Positions 38,921 to 51,900 of a stretch of DNA of 64,000 nt are shown in pieces (the stretch's first letter is position 1; the number at the start of each line of letters is the position of its first letter). The position numbers and the translations under genes are program-made. The stretch is taken from assembly GCA_012026655.1 (NCBI GenBank), contig JAAILG010000889.1:1-64000 (forward strand), given 5' to 3'. The notes beneath the pieces were generated by a model. The model searched no databases and was not told where the DNA came from. It was given only the letters and a program-made list of their open reading frames with translations. This DNA comes from Hydrolagus affinis. Lineage: Eukaryota.

Positions 38921-39008
38921 GAGCATGAATCTGAAGGAGGGCGGACACCTTTGATGAAAGCTGCAAGGGCTGGCCATTTGTGTACAGTCCAGTTCCTCAT
39001 TAGCAAAG
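38921..39008 (+). CDS. ANKHD1: ANKHD1 exon 11 (ankyrin; missed by the ORF track)
   Basis: ttttag|GAG...G|gtgagc; EHESEGGRTPLMKAARAGHLCTVQFLISK. Confidence 0.96.
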
Positions 39009-39611
39009 GTGAGCCTTTGTCTCCTGTCCTGTAACATTCAACAAAATGGGATTTTTTCTTAGGACTGCTAAAAAGACACTAGGCCTGATAAGTCCCATTA
39101 TATTGCCAATTTCAGTGGCATTCTGTTAACATATGCCATGAACACATTTGTATGTTTGAACAAAATCTGCTTTACTTGTTGCTTGTAATGTTGTGATTTT
39201 AGCTTGTTCCCCGTTGTCTCAGACCGTCACCTTGTACAAACATAATGTACTGTATCCCTTTGCTGATTAACCCATAACATTAATTGGAGGCAGACTGCGG
39301 AAATCCTTCACCTTGATGCTCACTTAGATTTGCCCATGTCCTCTAAGCTTTAAAAACAACTGTAAAAACTTAAATAATGAGGATGCCTGTCCTGTTCTGG
39401 TGAAGGTTGATGACACGGATGAGAGTTCACCAGTGTAGCTTAAAATATAACGCTTGGATGTATTTTGGGATTAATTGCCATCAATTTACTTCATAATTCC
39501 ACTTGTGTATTTACTGTAAACATTGGTTCTAGAAACAGTACAGCAATGGCCCGGTATTCATATTGACTAGAATAGAAATGAAAACCTAAAGCAAAAGATT
39601 GGGTTCAAGGG

Positions 39612-39960
39612 TAAACAACAACAAAATTTGTATATTGCCTTTCCAGTTAGGAGGACGTCCCAAGGCACTAGACGGTCAGTATTTTGGACCTGAGCTGGGG
39701 GAGATGGCATTGGGAGATCAGTGGGGGTGGTGGGGGGGGAAGAGGTTGATCGAAAGCATGATTGAAGAAGAGAGCCTTGTGTTGGGTCTTGAAGGAAGCA
39801 AGGGATGGGGTGATGCGGAGGGACAGACTGATGGAATTCCAGAGGGTTGGGGCAGAGTGGCTGAAGGCCCACCCACTGATAGAGGGACAGACGTGATGGA
39901 GGCTGGAGCTTACTGAGAGGTTGATGCTCATAAGTTGGGGGTTACAAGGTCGAAGGATTA
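39612..39960 (-). mobile_element. L2 3' fragment in intron 11
   Basis: Tail plus AFSHSAPTLWNSI..SFKTQHKALFF remnant. Confidence 0.82.
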
Positions 39961-40149
39961 GGAGGCAACAAGGAAAAAAAAACACAAGGTTGTATTTTTT
40001 TTTTAAAAAAATTAAAAAGCGGTTAAATTGTTTTCCCCTCATCCACTTAAAATGTGCTGGATTAATTACACTATTGTCGGTCACAGAGTCTGCAGTGCTT
40101 TCAATGCCTTACCATCAAAATAGACAGTTGGAAAATCTTTTTTTTTTAA

Positions 40150-40470
40150 AAAAGCAAAATACTGCAGATGCTCGAAATCTGAAACAAAAATAGAACTCTG
40201 GGAACACTTAGCAGGTCAGGCAGCATCTATGGAGAAAGGAACGTGAGTCAGTGTTTCGGGTCCATAACCCTTCGTCAGATTGGGGAGGCTGGGAGGGAGA
40301 GGTTTCAAGGACTTTTCCTTGCCTGCCTTCCCTCCCTGTTGGTTCTTAAAACCTCTCCCTCTCAACATCACCAGCTCTGTAAGGCATAGACCTGAAACAT
40401 TGACCGACTTTCCTTTTCCCATATATGCTGCCTGACCTGCTGAGTATTCCCAGCGATCTTGGTTTTAGCA
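40150..40470. mobile_element. Foldback element made of two inverted Penelope-like ends
   Basis: AGCAGGTCAGGCAGCAT at about 40210 and ATGCTGCCTGACCTGCT at about 40425 are inverted copies. The inner arms are also complementary. Confidence 0.65.
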
Positions 40471-41054
40471 AATCTATTACTTGGATTTGAGCCTCATCAA
40501 TCATCCATTTAAATAGTGACAGTGCTGCCTGCATTGCACCAGATTTATGAATGTTGGCATCTCATTTAGTCAACAGAACAAGTGAGCAGCCACCTTTCGC
40601 AGAATATAGCTGCTCTTTTGACAAATATTAAACTATTCTACAATATTATGATTACCTGCAGATATTCATTGGTCCACCTTTCTTTCTAACAATAGAGGTT
40701 TTAAGAAAACTAATCAGGAGCTAGTTTTGAGTTTCCATCAAAAATAAGTTTGGAGAACTGTTTACACTTATTTTTATATAAGGTTGAGACTTCCTCCTTT
40801 CTCAATTGTATCCATCTAAAATAACAAAGTAAGCCAAGGTTGTTGATAGGGAAAATCTCAGGGATTGCAGTATACCGTCTTTGGGCAAAGGTGTTAGCAT
40901 CTTTGTATTATATCCAGCACCTTGGGAAGTCCTCCTAACACGAAAGTGCTCTAAAAATGCAGTTTTGTTATGTTGACCCTGTCATTGAGTTGCTTCTTGA
41001 TCTTGCTGTCCAGCACTCTAGTATTTAGTGTCGGTGTTGTACCTGCCATGATAA

Positions 41055-41735
41055 TGCATAGAATTATACAGCACCGAATGAGACCACTCGGTTCATCATG
41101 TCTATGCCAGCTCTTTGAAAAGAGCTGTCCAAAGCAATCTCGCTCTTTCCTCACAGTCCTGCAAACCTGTCCTCCCCAAATATATCTACGTCTCCTTTAA
41201 AAATTGTTATCGAATCGGCTTCCACCACTCTTTCAAACAATGCATTCCAGATCTGAACAACTCACTGTGTGAAAACAATTCTCCTCATCTCCCCTCTGCT
41301 CCATTTAACAACTATTTTAAATCTGTGTCCTCAGGTTACTCACCAGTGGAAATAGTTCTTCTTGTTTCTTCTGGTGACTCACTCACCAATGGAAATAGTT
41401 TCTTCTTGTTCACTGTATCAAATTCCCTCATTTTGAAAATTTCTATTAAATCTGCTCTTAAACTTCTCTGCCCCAAGGAGGATAACAATCCCTCAAGAAA
41501 AAAAAGAATAAATTGGTTGTTTGAATCCACGATTGTTTGTGCATCAGCTGAAATTTCCTGCCGTATTTTGCCCACAAATATACAGTCAATTCACTTTATA
41601 GTATATTCTATGAAATGCTTTGGGATGTCTAGAAAACATGAAAAGCGCTATATGAAATGCAAGGATTATTATTGTTATAATAATCCTAGCTTCTCTAACC
41701 TCTTCTGATAACTGAAGGCCCTCATGCTGATGACG
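41055..41735 (-). mobile_element. CR1-clade LINE 3' fragment with a nested SINE A
   Basis: LSSLGQRSLRADLIEIFKMREFDTVNKKKLFPL resembles the CR1 ORF2 C-terminus. It has a CATAGAAT-type tail. Confidence 0.75.
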
Positions 41736-41879
41736 TGTTTAACATCAAGTATGGGGAGTCCAAATGTTTAAAATCAAACATGCAGGTTTGTGGAATACAG
41801 GTTGATTAAGATGGTGCACGCAGAGAACAACGAATAAGGCAATTTTAATTGAAGCTAATGTCAGTTTTTCATTTTTCAG

Positions 41880-42007
41880 GGGCAAACGTGAACAGGGCTA
41901 CAGCTAACAATGACCACACAGTGGTGTCTTTGGCATGTGCTGGAGGCCACCTCGCTGTCGTGGAACTCCTTTTGGCACATGGGGCCGATCCTACACACCG
42001 GTTAAAG
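41880..42007 (+). CDS. ANKHD1: ANKHD1 exon 12 (ankyrin)
   Basis: tttcag|GG...AAG|gtattt; ANVNRATANNDHTVVSLACAGG. Confidence 0.96.
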
Positions 42008-42137
42008 GTATTTTGCAGATGTTCTTGTGTGCGATGCTCCAATTTGTGGTAGTGTGGACTCAAATCAAGGCATTTAAGGCAAATGCTTTCATCACAGGAA
42101 AGACGAAATGTGGCTTTGTTCTTTCTTTGTTTTTCAG

Positions 42138-42281
42138 GATGGCTCTACGATGCTTATAGAAGCTGCCAAAGGCGGACACACAAACGTGGTTTCATACTTG
42201 TTAGACTACCCAAACAACATCCTGCCTGTACCAGGACCAGATGTAGCACAGCTCACACCACCATCACACGACCAGTCTCAG
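42138..42281 (+). CDS. ANKHD1: ANKHD1 exon 13 (end of ankyrin cluster 1)
   Basis: tttcag|GAT...CAG|gtgagc; DGSTMLIEAAKGGHTNVVSYLLDYP. Confidence 0.96.
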
Positions 42282-42454
42282 GTGAGCTTAATATGCTTTT
42301 TAAATTGAAAGTGTCTTAGTTTTTTTTTAATGAACAGCTTGCTCTTAAGGCATGTTTTATCACTGAATAATTCAGATAGATGGTTGTTGACTGAAGGTTG
42401 AGAAGTTTTAGGTGGGGTTGGAGGCTTGTCAGAGATTGTGACTTTTGCATTGAG

Positions 42455-42950
42455 CAACAACAACAAAATTCCATTTGTGGAGCACCTTTCATGTCGGGAG
42501 GATGCCCCAAGGCACTGAACGGTTAGGTACCGAGCATGGGGGGTGGGGGGAACAGGGCACAGGTGGGATGGGAGAAGGCAGAGAGGCGGTTGAAGGCACG
42601 GTCAAAAAAAGAGGGTCTTGAGACTGACCTTGAAGGGGGAAAGGAAGGGAGCAAGGTGAAGGGATTGTGGGATAGAGTTCCAGTGCAGACAGGCTGAAAG
42701 CCCAGCCACCAATGGTAGGGAAACATAGAGCTGGCAGGAGCCTGTTGAACTGAGCAAGCGGACAGGTTGATAGGGGTCAAGGAGGTATGAGGGGGCAAGG
42801 CTGTGGAGGGCCTTGAAAGTGAGGAAGAGGATCTTGATTTTGATCCTCTAAGGGATGGGGAGCCAGTAGAGCTGGGCGATGGTGGGGGTGATGGGGTCTC
42901 GGAGCCTGGTGTGGGAAAGGACACGAGCTGCAGAGTTGGATGACCTAGCA
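42455..42950 (-). mobile_element. L2 3' fragment in intron 13 (another at about 43330-43640 -)
   Basis: Same tail and body as the other L2 copies. Confidence 0.8.
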
Positions 42951-43723
42951 AGCGCAATAGTGTCTTAAAGCTCTTAACACTCATAGTGGGACTACCTCCT
43001 GAGTAGGAGGTGGTATGGGCAGTAGAATGGAGGAGATTTTACTGGGCAAAAGCATGAAAGATTTGAAAGTCCCAATTCATTTAATAATCGCATACGTTTG
43101 TATTATTACTACAAACCAGCCTTTTGCATGAAGAAAGGATAGTCATTTAAACTTGTGGAAATCAATAAATAGCTTCTAGGAGTTTGCACTGGGGAGGGCT
43201 CTGCTTTTTTATGCACATTATACTTTCCTACCTCAATTACTGATTTGTATTTATAGTTTCTGGACTAGTGACTTTAATTTCTTTGTGTAAAGTAATATTT
43301 AGAAAGTAGGCAGTGAAAGATTTGCGTGCGAGCTGGGGGTTAGAATCAAGAGGGATGGGATTATGACCGAAGGTTGAAGAGGGGCTTAAAATGGGCCTTG
43401 AAGGGGGCCAGGGCAAGGGGCTCCAGTATGCAGTTCCAGAGGGTGGAGGCAGAAAGGCTGAAGACTGTACTGCAGGTGGTAGAGTTATAATGGTGGGGAA
43501 CATGGAGCAGACCAGTGTCTGCCGAATCGAGGGAGCATGTGGGATTTGTTTAAAAAACATTTTTAAAAATGTTTTAGTAGGTCAAAGAAGTAGCAAGAAT
43601 GAGAGGTGAGGACCAGGATCTTTAACTCAATCCTCTGGGTATGACTTATTATACAAACCAGATGTTAACCACCAGCTGATGCACGTATCAAATTTGTCGT
43701 TTAACTGAACTGAAATGTTTCAG

Positions 43724-43826
43724 GTTCCCAGGGTCCCAGTACAGGCACTCGCTATGGTTGTCCCACCCCAGGAACCCGACCAGTCTCCCGTAAATGTTGG
43801 AACCACGCTTTCTGTCATTAATAAAG
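43724..43826 (+). CDS. ANKHD1: ANKHD1 exon 14
   Basis: tttcag|GTT...G|gtgagt; VPRVPVQALAMVVPPQEPD. Confidence 0.95.
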
Positions 43827-46800
43827 GTGAGTGTTTTGTTTTTCTATTTGAGGGAGGAAGCAAATATGCTTTCCTGTGGATTTACCAATGTAGTTTCCCT
43901 TCCAACATCATACATTAGGGCCTGAGCTGCAGTACTCATCTCCAGGACCTAAGGTGAAGTAAGCAAGAGTTGAATATTTAGGTTCTGACAAGTGCAGATA
44001 TTTGTCCAGCTGCAAGTTTATAGTTTGATGTCGAGCAAACCTGCTTTGCATTGTCTGTAGTTATTTTTTGCTTAATTTAGGATATATTTTCTGAATCCAG
44101 AATATATTTTCCAACCAAGTATGCATTATGATCTAGTACAACAGTATTTATAGACTTTTCTCAGGCTGAATCAATTTCAGTATTAGAAGTCTTGAGTGCA
44201 GTGTGAGATGACTCACTTTCATTGGAAGAATTGTATTCCCTGAAACTTTTCTATCTAAAAGGCAGACCCAGGATTGTATTTGACTGTATGAAAAAAAAAT
44301 GAAAGGTTGAGAGTGTTAGAGGAAGTTCTGATCATTGTTGCTGCCTTTTCTGGCTTGCTATAAGTACACTTCACAAGCACTATTAGTGCCAATAGCGTTT
44401 CTTCACAACTCCGCGGATGCCCACTTAGCAATCTGTCTAAATGAGCAAATCATTTTGGAGAAGCATCTTACAATAGATAAACTAACAATGCACTGAAATT
44501 CCTATGATTTCGTAAGTTGGTTCACAAATTTATAGAGTGCAGAGTGAATATTTTGAGCTGGAATGTTTTACAGGACTATAATAAAATTGACTTCTGCTAA
44601 CCAAACGTGAATATTTGAAGTAATCTGTGCCCATCAAAATATTGACTTGCTGTACACACCAGATGTTTTAGTCATCCGTTTAAACGTTCAACGGGGAATT
44701 ATGAAATCAGTACAGGATCCTCTGAAACAATTTGTGAGGTCGTTGTGAAATCCTAACAATGGATGAATGCTTATGAACTTCTCCAACAATACACTAAATT
44801 ATTGCATTAAGGTGCTATCCAAAGCTCAAAAAAAATCAGCTAGCGAAGGTTTGTTGATCAGAGTTCTTGGATCCTACATATTAATGAAATTAAAAGCTAA
44901 AGATCATTGTAGATCATTGAATCACTCAACCTAGCCTAATTATATCATTTTGCAAAATCTGTACTGTTTGTTTTTAAGTGGCTGCTGACCTACATGTCCT
45001 TTCGGGTTGCTTGTTGAAGATGCAATTTGATGACTTGCCTGGGACACAAGATGCTTTCAAAACGTATATTGTCATGAGAGGAAGCTTAATGATCCTGGAA
45101 CACATTCCACTGTTAGGGTGCTGAAAGAACGATGCGTCCAGTTTATTATAAAGAATCAACATGCACTTCACATTTGTTGGGGATTCTAAAAGCTTGTGTC
45201 GGTTTGGTTTGTGGACCAGCAACACGGTTGTTACTCTCAATGCTGCCAGATAAAGAGCATGTGTAGTTTTGGTACAGAAAACCCATCAATTGCAGTTTGA
45301 GACTTGGGTCCCGAGCACTTTCCTTTTACAGGTGTACTTTTAAAATGTTTTATTTAAAAGGACAGGAGTGTGATCCTCATGCAGCCTCCAACAAATTATA
45401 CTCTTGATATATCCAGTTTTGTCATTTTTGTGGGATAAATCCATTACAGCAACACGAAAAAGAAATTTGTCACTCAGTCATGACTGTTTGTGGAGACACT
45501 GCTGTGCGCAATTGATATTTCTCCCACAAAATAGTCAATTAATTTTTACAGTATATTCTGTGAAGCGCTTTTGAGACGTCTCGAAGACGTGCTAAGGTGC
45601 TATAACAAAAACTGTAGGTCTATTTTAGAGCATGTGACTAAGATGCATATTTATTATTGAATTCCATTTAATAACTTTGGTAAGTCAGGTGAAGTGAGCA
45701 ATTCAGCACAGAACATAATGTGATGCGATTCTCTGAATTTGGTTGTCTGAGTAAGCGAATCCTCTTCCTAATTACAATTATATGGATTTTAGCCATTTAT
45801 AATTTATGCAAGTGTCGTGCAGTATAAACTTTGAAGAACGTTATTACCAATTGGATGTTGTATAATTCTATAAGTCTAATCACATTTACTAGGTACCTTT
45901 CAGTGCATTTTAGAGCACTATTACTAGCACTAAATTCCATCTTGGAGAAGGCCGAAAGATTAAGCTTGCAATTTTTTTTGTTGGCCTTATTGCAAGATAT
46001 TACCTGCCCATTGTTACTGGGCTTCCAACTTTAGTGGAAACTCAACTCATTGATGGTTGAATTAATACAGTTTTGGGTGAATTAAACTATTGCATTATTT
46101 TTTGGACCGGGTCATTGTTACACTTTGTTTTCTTCTTGTTGCCCATATTTAGATAAAGCAATGAGCATACATTATTTTAAACAACCTTTTGTCCAAATTT
46201 GTATTGTGAAAATAATCCATGTTACAAAATAAAAGGAACCGTGGAAAAGGATTTACTGATCTATCCTGTATCAGTCTTAAAGATACAACTTTCATGAAAA
46301 ACTGACCAGCGTTTCTTCACATCAACACTGTTCTTGCTCAAATGGCTCATACTCCACACACTTGTTCATGAAGATGATGCCCATTCAATAGTCAATTTTG
46401 TAGATTTAACTTAAAAATCTACCTACTTTGAAGTTAAGAGTTTGTTTCTCATATCAGACAGCAATTAGCAATTGTAGACCCAATGTCAACAGATTTTGTT
46501 TTATGTACAAAATTGAAACATGTTTGACTTAAATTCAGGAAATGGATGAAGTTTTCTTGCTTAGTTTTTGATCAAATGTTTTACAGGAATCTATCAGAAT
46601 TAATTTTGTACATTTTTTTGTTTTTACCAGAATCTATTTTATGATAACCATAGATTTAAGTCTTTCCCTAGTTGTTGTGGCCATTGATTTGTTTTCACAT
46701 CAGAGATTGCCAGTCACTTCTATGATGCAACCAGGCCAATCATTGTCATTTCAGCTTGCAATGTGCTTCACAGTGGCCTGAAAGACTGGTTTTAAGCCAG

Positions 46801-48224
46801 TGAAAACAACGACTTTATTTTTTTTTTAAAAAACTGCTTTAGCCTTCCAAAATAGAAATGCTGAAGGAAAGTCCTGGGGTTTAAAGGTTGAACCTATTTA
46901 GAATAGGCAGGAAAAGTTTATGAAAAAAATCAAGTTAATAAAAATATCAATCCTGTTTTCCAGCTCTTTCCCCATAATGCCCTTTTTAAAAAAAATAATG
47001 ACATGGCCAAATGAAAAATAAACCTCTTGCCTACACAAAATGTAGGTCAGGAACTTGAGAGTTGGGGTTTGACATGGACAATTTCTGACAAACTAGTCCA
47101 TAACTGTTTCTGGGACGCTACTGTGCGCAATTGGCTGCCGTGTTTCACCCTCAAATATACAGTCAATTTACTTTACAGTATATTTTGTGAAGCGCTTTGA
47201 GACATTTGGAAGACATGAAAGCGCTATATTAAATGCAAGGATTACTATTATTATTATTATTACCGTAATTAATTCTAACATTGCAATATATAACCTGAGC
47301 CTATAAATAACCAGCTGGCACCTGGATAATTAGTGTGTACACTAGCACTTTAGGTTAAGTTTGTTTTCTTATCGGGTTAGCAATGACTGCTTAGTATCTT
47401 CTTTATTCACTTTCTGTGTGTTTTTTTTCTGTGAGGTATACATTTCAAAAAAGCAAACTCAGTATTCACTTATATGGTTTGTCTGCTGATTTCATGGTGA
47501 ATCTTATAAAACAGATTTGATAAGTCTGCAGAATCTTTTATTCACTGTATTGAAAAAAAATCCCATCCTTCGGTAGCCTTTTTGGTGTTTAATGGACACT
47601 TAGCCAACACGCAAACCGAAGCACTCATACATGGTAAAGGCAATAAAAATGTAAATAGTCTAAATCTGATTCAAAGGCTTCCCCTTATTGTAGTCTTAAC
47701 ATTGCTTTAGTCAGTAGGCGTTCAGTTATCCTGAGGTGACACCCATCAGAATTTCTGAACTCCAACTTGCTGCACAACTCAGAATATTTAATGGGTACAG
47801 CAGAATTATCTGGTTACCAGCACCTATTTCTGAAGAAGAAATGCATCATCCCATGAAACTCCTATTGCAATGCATTGTACAAAAATGTTTTAATGGAATT
47901 CATATTTTAGTTATCTTGCTGTTTTATCCTTTGATATAATTCAAACTTTTTTTTAGAAACAGCTTGGTGGAAACTATTAATATAATACGTAGTCTATTTT
48001 CTTTCTTTCCCTTATGAGGAAAAATGACAATTATCTGTGGTTTCATTTCCCATACAAAACTCGAATGCAAGTACTTCATTAGACTAAACGAAGCAAATGT
48101 AGAATAGTTTACATTCAGTGCTAGACTGAATCAAAAGCCACAAAGTGGTGAAAAGTTTACACTGGTTTCACATGGGTAAGTAATTTTTGCATGGCATTTT
48201 TTCAAACATTTTTCGTGTGCTTAG

Positions 48225-48962
48225 GTACATCCAAGCAGAAGTCCAGTCCCCTGCAGGTAGCGGAACAGGATGTCCAACCCTTCCACCAGTACCAGCCTTT
48301 AGAATGCATTGTGGAAGAGACGGAAGGCAAGCTGACAGAACTGGGACAAAGAATTAACGCTATTGAGAAGGCACAATTGAAGTCACTAGAGTTGATTCAG
48401 GGAGACACTTTAACCAAAGACAAGATAGAAGAACTAAAAAAGAGCAGAGAAGAGCAAGTCCAGAAGAAGAAAAAGATTCTGAAAGAGCTGCAGAAAGTTG
48501 AAAGGGAATTGCAGCTGAAAACTCAGCAGCAGTTTACCAAAGAATACTTGGAGGCCAAGGGCCAACAGCAGACACTTCAGCTCCAACAGCAACAGCAATG
48601 CCCACACAGAGGACTATTCTCTCAGGTGGGGACTGGTGAATGTCTACCAGAGGAAGACTTTTCGAAGTTGCCTCAGGTGGACACCATCTTACATAGAGAT
48701 GGCCAGCAGCAGTCACCAGCAGCCCAAACAGGGTTTGTTCCTATCCAGCCTTTAGCGACACAAGTGGCGCCAAACTTTACTAGTTCTGTTTATCCCATCA
48801 CTAATGTACCTGATCTACAGCGAGTAATTGTGAACCAGCCTTTGTTAGGACAGGCACAACTTGCTGGACTTGGACAGGGGCTCTTAGCTCAAGCACCTGA
48901 TGGATTAATGGTTGCCACTCCAGCACAGACGCTAACTGACACTCTTGATGACATCATGGCAG
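48225..48962 (+). CDS. ANKHD1: ANKHD1 exon 15 (inter-ankyrin coiled-coil/Q-rich linker, 738 nt)
   Basis: cttag|GT...G|gtgggt; TSKQKSS...EQVQKKKKILKELQKVE...TLTDTLDDIMA. Phase 1 on both sides. Confidence 0.95.
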
Positions 48963-51900
48963 GTGGGTTAAGAATCGGTCATGTTTGTACTTACACTTTT
49001 CTCGCACCTACTAGCTTTTAGGCACAAGTGACATTTCAGAGAGATTCATTGAGACGCAGATCTATCAATTTGTACAGCACGCTTATGCTGTCTGTAATCA
49101 AACTGTAATAGCATGGCTCTTTAAGCTATCTAATGCCACTCTTTTCAAATTGTTCTGAATGGCACTTTGGTTGTCTCAGTTTCAATCGCTAAGTGAAAAA
49201 CAATTGGCCTTCAGTATCGTATAGTAGGTGTCAATCGAATTTGGAAATGGGCAAATAAAAACCCGACCCAGTTATTGTTGAATTCGCTCACTTTTTTTCA
49301 TTTCTTGCAAAATCTACTATTCAGAAGTGTTGCATGAGAAACTTTTTAATATATAGCTGAGACCCATTGGGACAGATTTTCTGTGATTTAACACAGTTGT
49401 GTTTTAGGTCTTGTTTTCATAAGTAGTATTACCTGAAATCTGAAACTATGGAAACCCAAACCGCTTTGAAACAGATCACGAGTTTATCCAGTTATTGCTG
49501 ATAAATCTGCTTTAATTGGCTCTGGTTTATGTTTTTTTAAAAAAAAGTTTTGTTTCCGATTGAATATCATGCTTCCTTCTTACCAGATGTTTCTTGAGGT
49601 GAAACAGCCTGACTGATCACACACTGCTCATAGCAGGAGGAAATTGTATAAACATTTGAAATGACCGAAAACGAGCATACCATTGATGACGTGTGTTTTT
49701 CATACTAGTATCTATTTCTTTTGAGACAATTTAAACAAAATAGAATACTTCTATTTTCTTCATGGAAGAAATTATTGGAAAGCACAGAATGTAAATCGTA
49801 GCTATTTTATATTGCATAGTAAATGGAAGTAATTAGGTATTTACAGTTTAATTCATTTGGTTGAGAGAGGCCAGCCAACTGACCCTCTCTCCCATTGCCT
49901 TCACCTATAAACAATTACTACTGTGAGCAGTAGTGTCTGAAGTCTACTAAAAGCAAACGCCTTTTGACTTGTTAGTTTTACATTTCCAGGTTGCTTTGTG
50001 AAAGCTGAAGCCACGCTTAAACTTAGCTTCGGGATAGTTGATACTGAAATTGTAGGAAGCTGATGTCAAAACCTTTCCCCAAAAAATGTTTGGTACTATT
50101 ATCAGATTTTCATAAATAAATTAATCTGTGGGGGGTGATGCAAACAATTGTATCTGAAATTCCAAATGAACACTTTTGAATTTGGGTGATATAATGAGCG
50201 GAAATTGATATGTATTGCGCTTGGGCTGTTGGGGCATTATCCTTTTTGCAGTGTTAGTTCACTGCCACTGGATGTTTGTTGTTTGTGTTTTCAAACTCTG
50301 CTGTTCGTGTAATTCAAACGTACAATAGTGGCACCTGGTGGTAATGCACGGTCATCCTCCCGAGACATCTTTATCATATCCGAACGTTGGCTTGGGTAGA
50401 TGTAGTTTACCAAATAATCGAAATCTTCTCGCAATCTTTTATTCTTTCCTTATGCAACATACCACGTGAGCACATTAACCTGAACTATGAGTCAATCTGA
50501 GAAAGTACAATCCGAGAATTTGACAGAGTAGAAGAAGGCAACTGTGTCTTACTTGGCTAACGAGCTTGAGATGATTGTGAAGATTAATATAGTAGTCGAA
50601 TGTCCCTTCCTGCAGAGTAAATTTGCTCTTTTGAAGTGTTTGCTTCTCCTGTGTTGTCATCTCTTGATACTTTGTGTCCCTGACTCACGAGGTTGATTGA
50701 GAAAGATTGGTTGAGCCTCTGGTAATGCATCACAAGTAAAACAATGGACTAACTGGTAATTATAGTACAGCTATTATTCCCATTGCAAAACAAAATTCAC
50801 TTTTTTGCCCCAAAACTACTCTGTTAATTCAGAGCTAGACTTAGTTGGGAGCTGACATTTTAAATCAATCCGTGTAAGGTAATTTGTTAATAGTCAACAT
50901 TTTACTGAAGAATGGGATTTTTTTGAATTCATTTAACCTGAACTGAATGTAATCTCTTATGCGATTCCTGCATATTTTATGATCAAACCCTGAGCAATAA
51001 TCTTCCACCGAATCAGTTGTGCACAGTTGAATGCGCCTTAAATTTTCAGTGGAGAACATGGTAGGAAAGGGAGGTGCTATATTACACTAAAAACAATTTA
51101 ATAACATAGACCACTGGGGGAAAAGATTGCTTCGGAGTGAGAGAGAGCCTCAAAGTTCAAAATATTGTGTGCTGTCACCTCCGATATGGCCATATGTGGC
51201 AATCTACTATTCAGCTTGCACTTATTTAGTTGAGTAGGTAGTGACTGGTATTTTCCTGGTGCCTGGAACTGAACCTATGTCAACATGATTACTTTGTGCA
51301 TGTGTTTAATTTCTTGACTGGAGTTATTTGATTGTGGTTGGGTGCAATTAAAAAGCAGCCTATTGGCCTCAATTAGGAGGGAGATATTTTTTGGGGTTCC
51401 CACATCTGTTTATCCAGTCATCATGGCCAAGAAGTACATAGATGTGGACATTAGTATAACTTCTGGTGTGACTGTTGCCCCTATCTCTTATTTTCTTTCC
51501 AACCTGACACTGCACAGTTAGACAGCTTGAACATGCCTTTTGGGGACCTGACTTCAACTAATTTGGCATTGTGTTTTGTGTACTCGGAACAGGAGGGTTC
51601 CTAGCAGGTACCTACTCAACATGTCCTTCCATTTCAATCTAGCTCCTAATAATACATTGCTTTCTTCCCTTTAGCATGTTTGTTGCTAATTCACATCTTA
51701 CCCGTGTATCTACTGAAACTGAGTGTAGCTTGTAAAGGAGTCTCCTGTGTGTGTGTGTGTGTTCTTTCTCAAAGGTCTTTTGAATTTCAAGGAGAATTAA
51801 GCTGTCAGTTCCTTTAGTCGAAGGATCAATGACTGGGGATATGATATATTGAATGCAAGGAATATTATTACTATAGTGCACTGAAAAGGCACAATACTGC

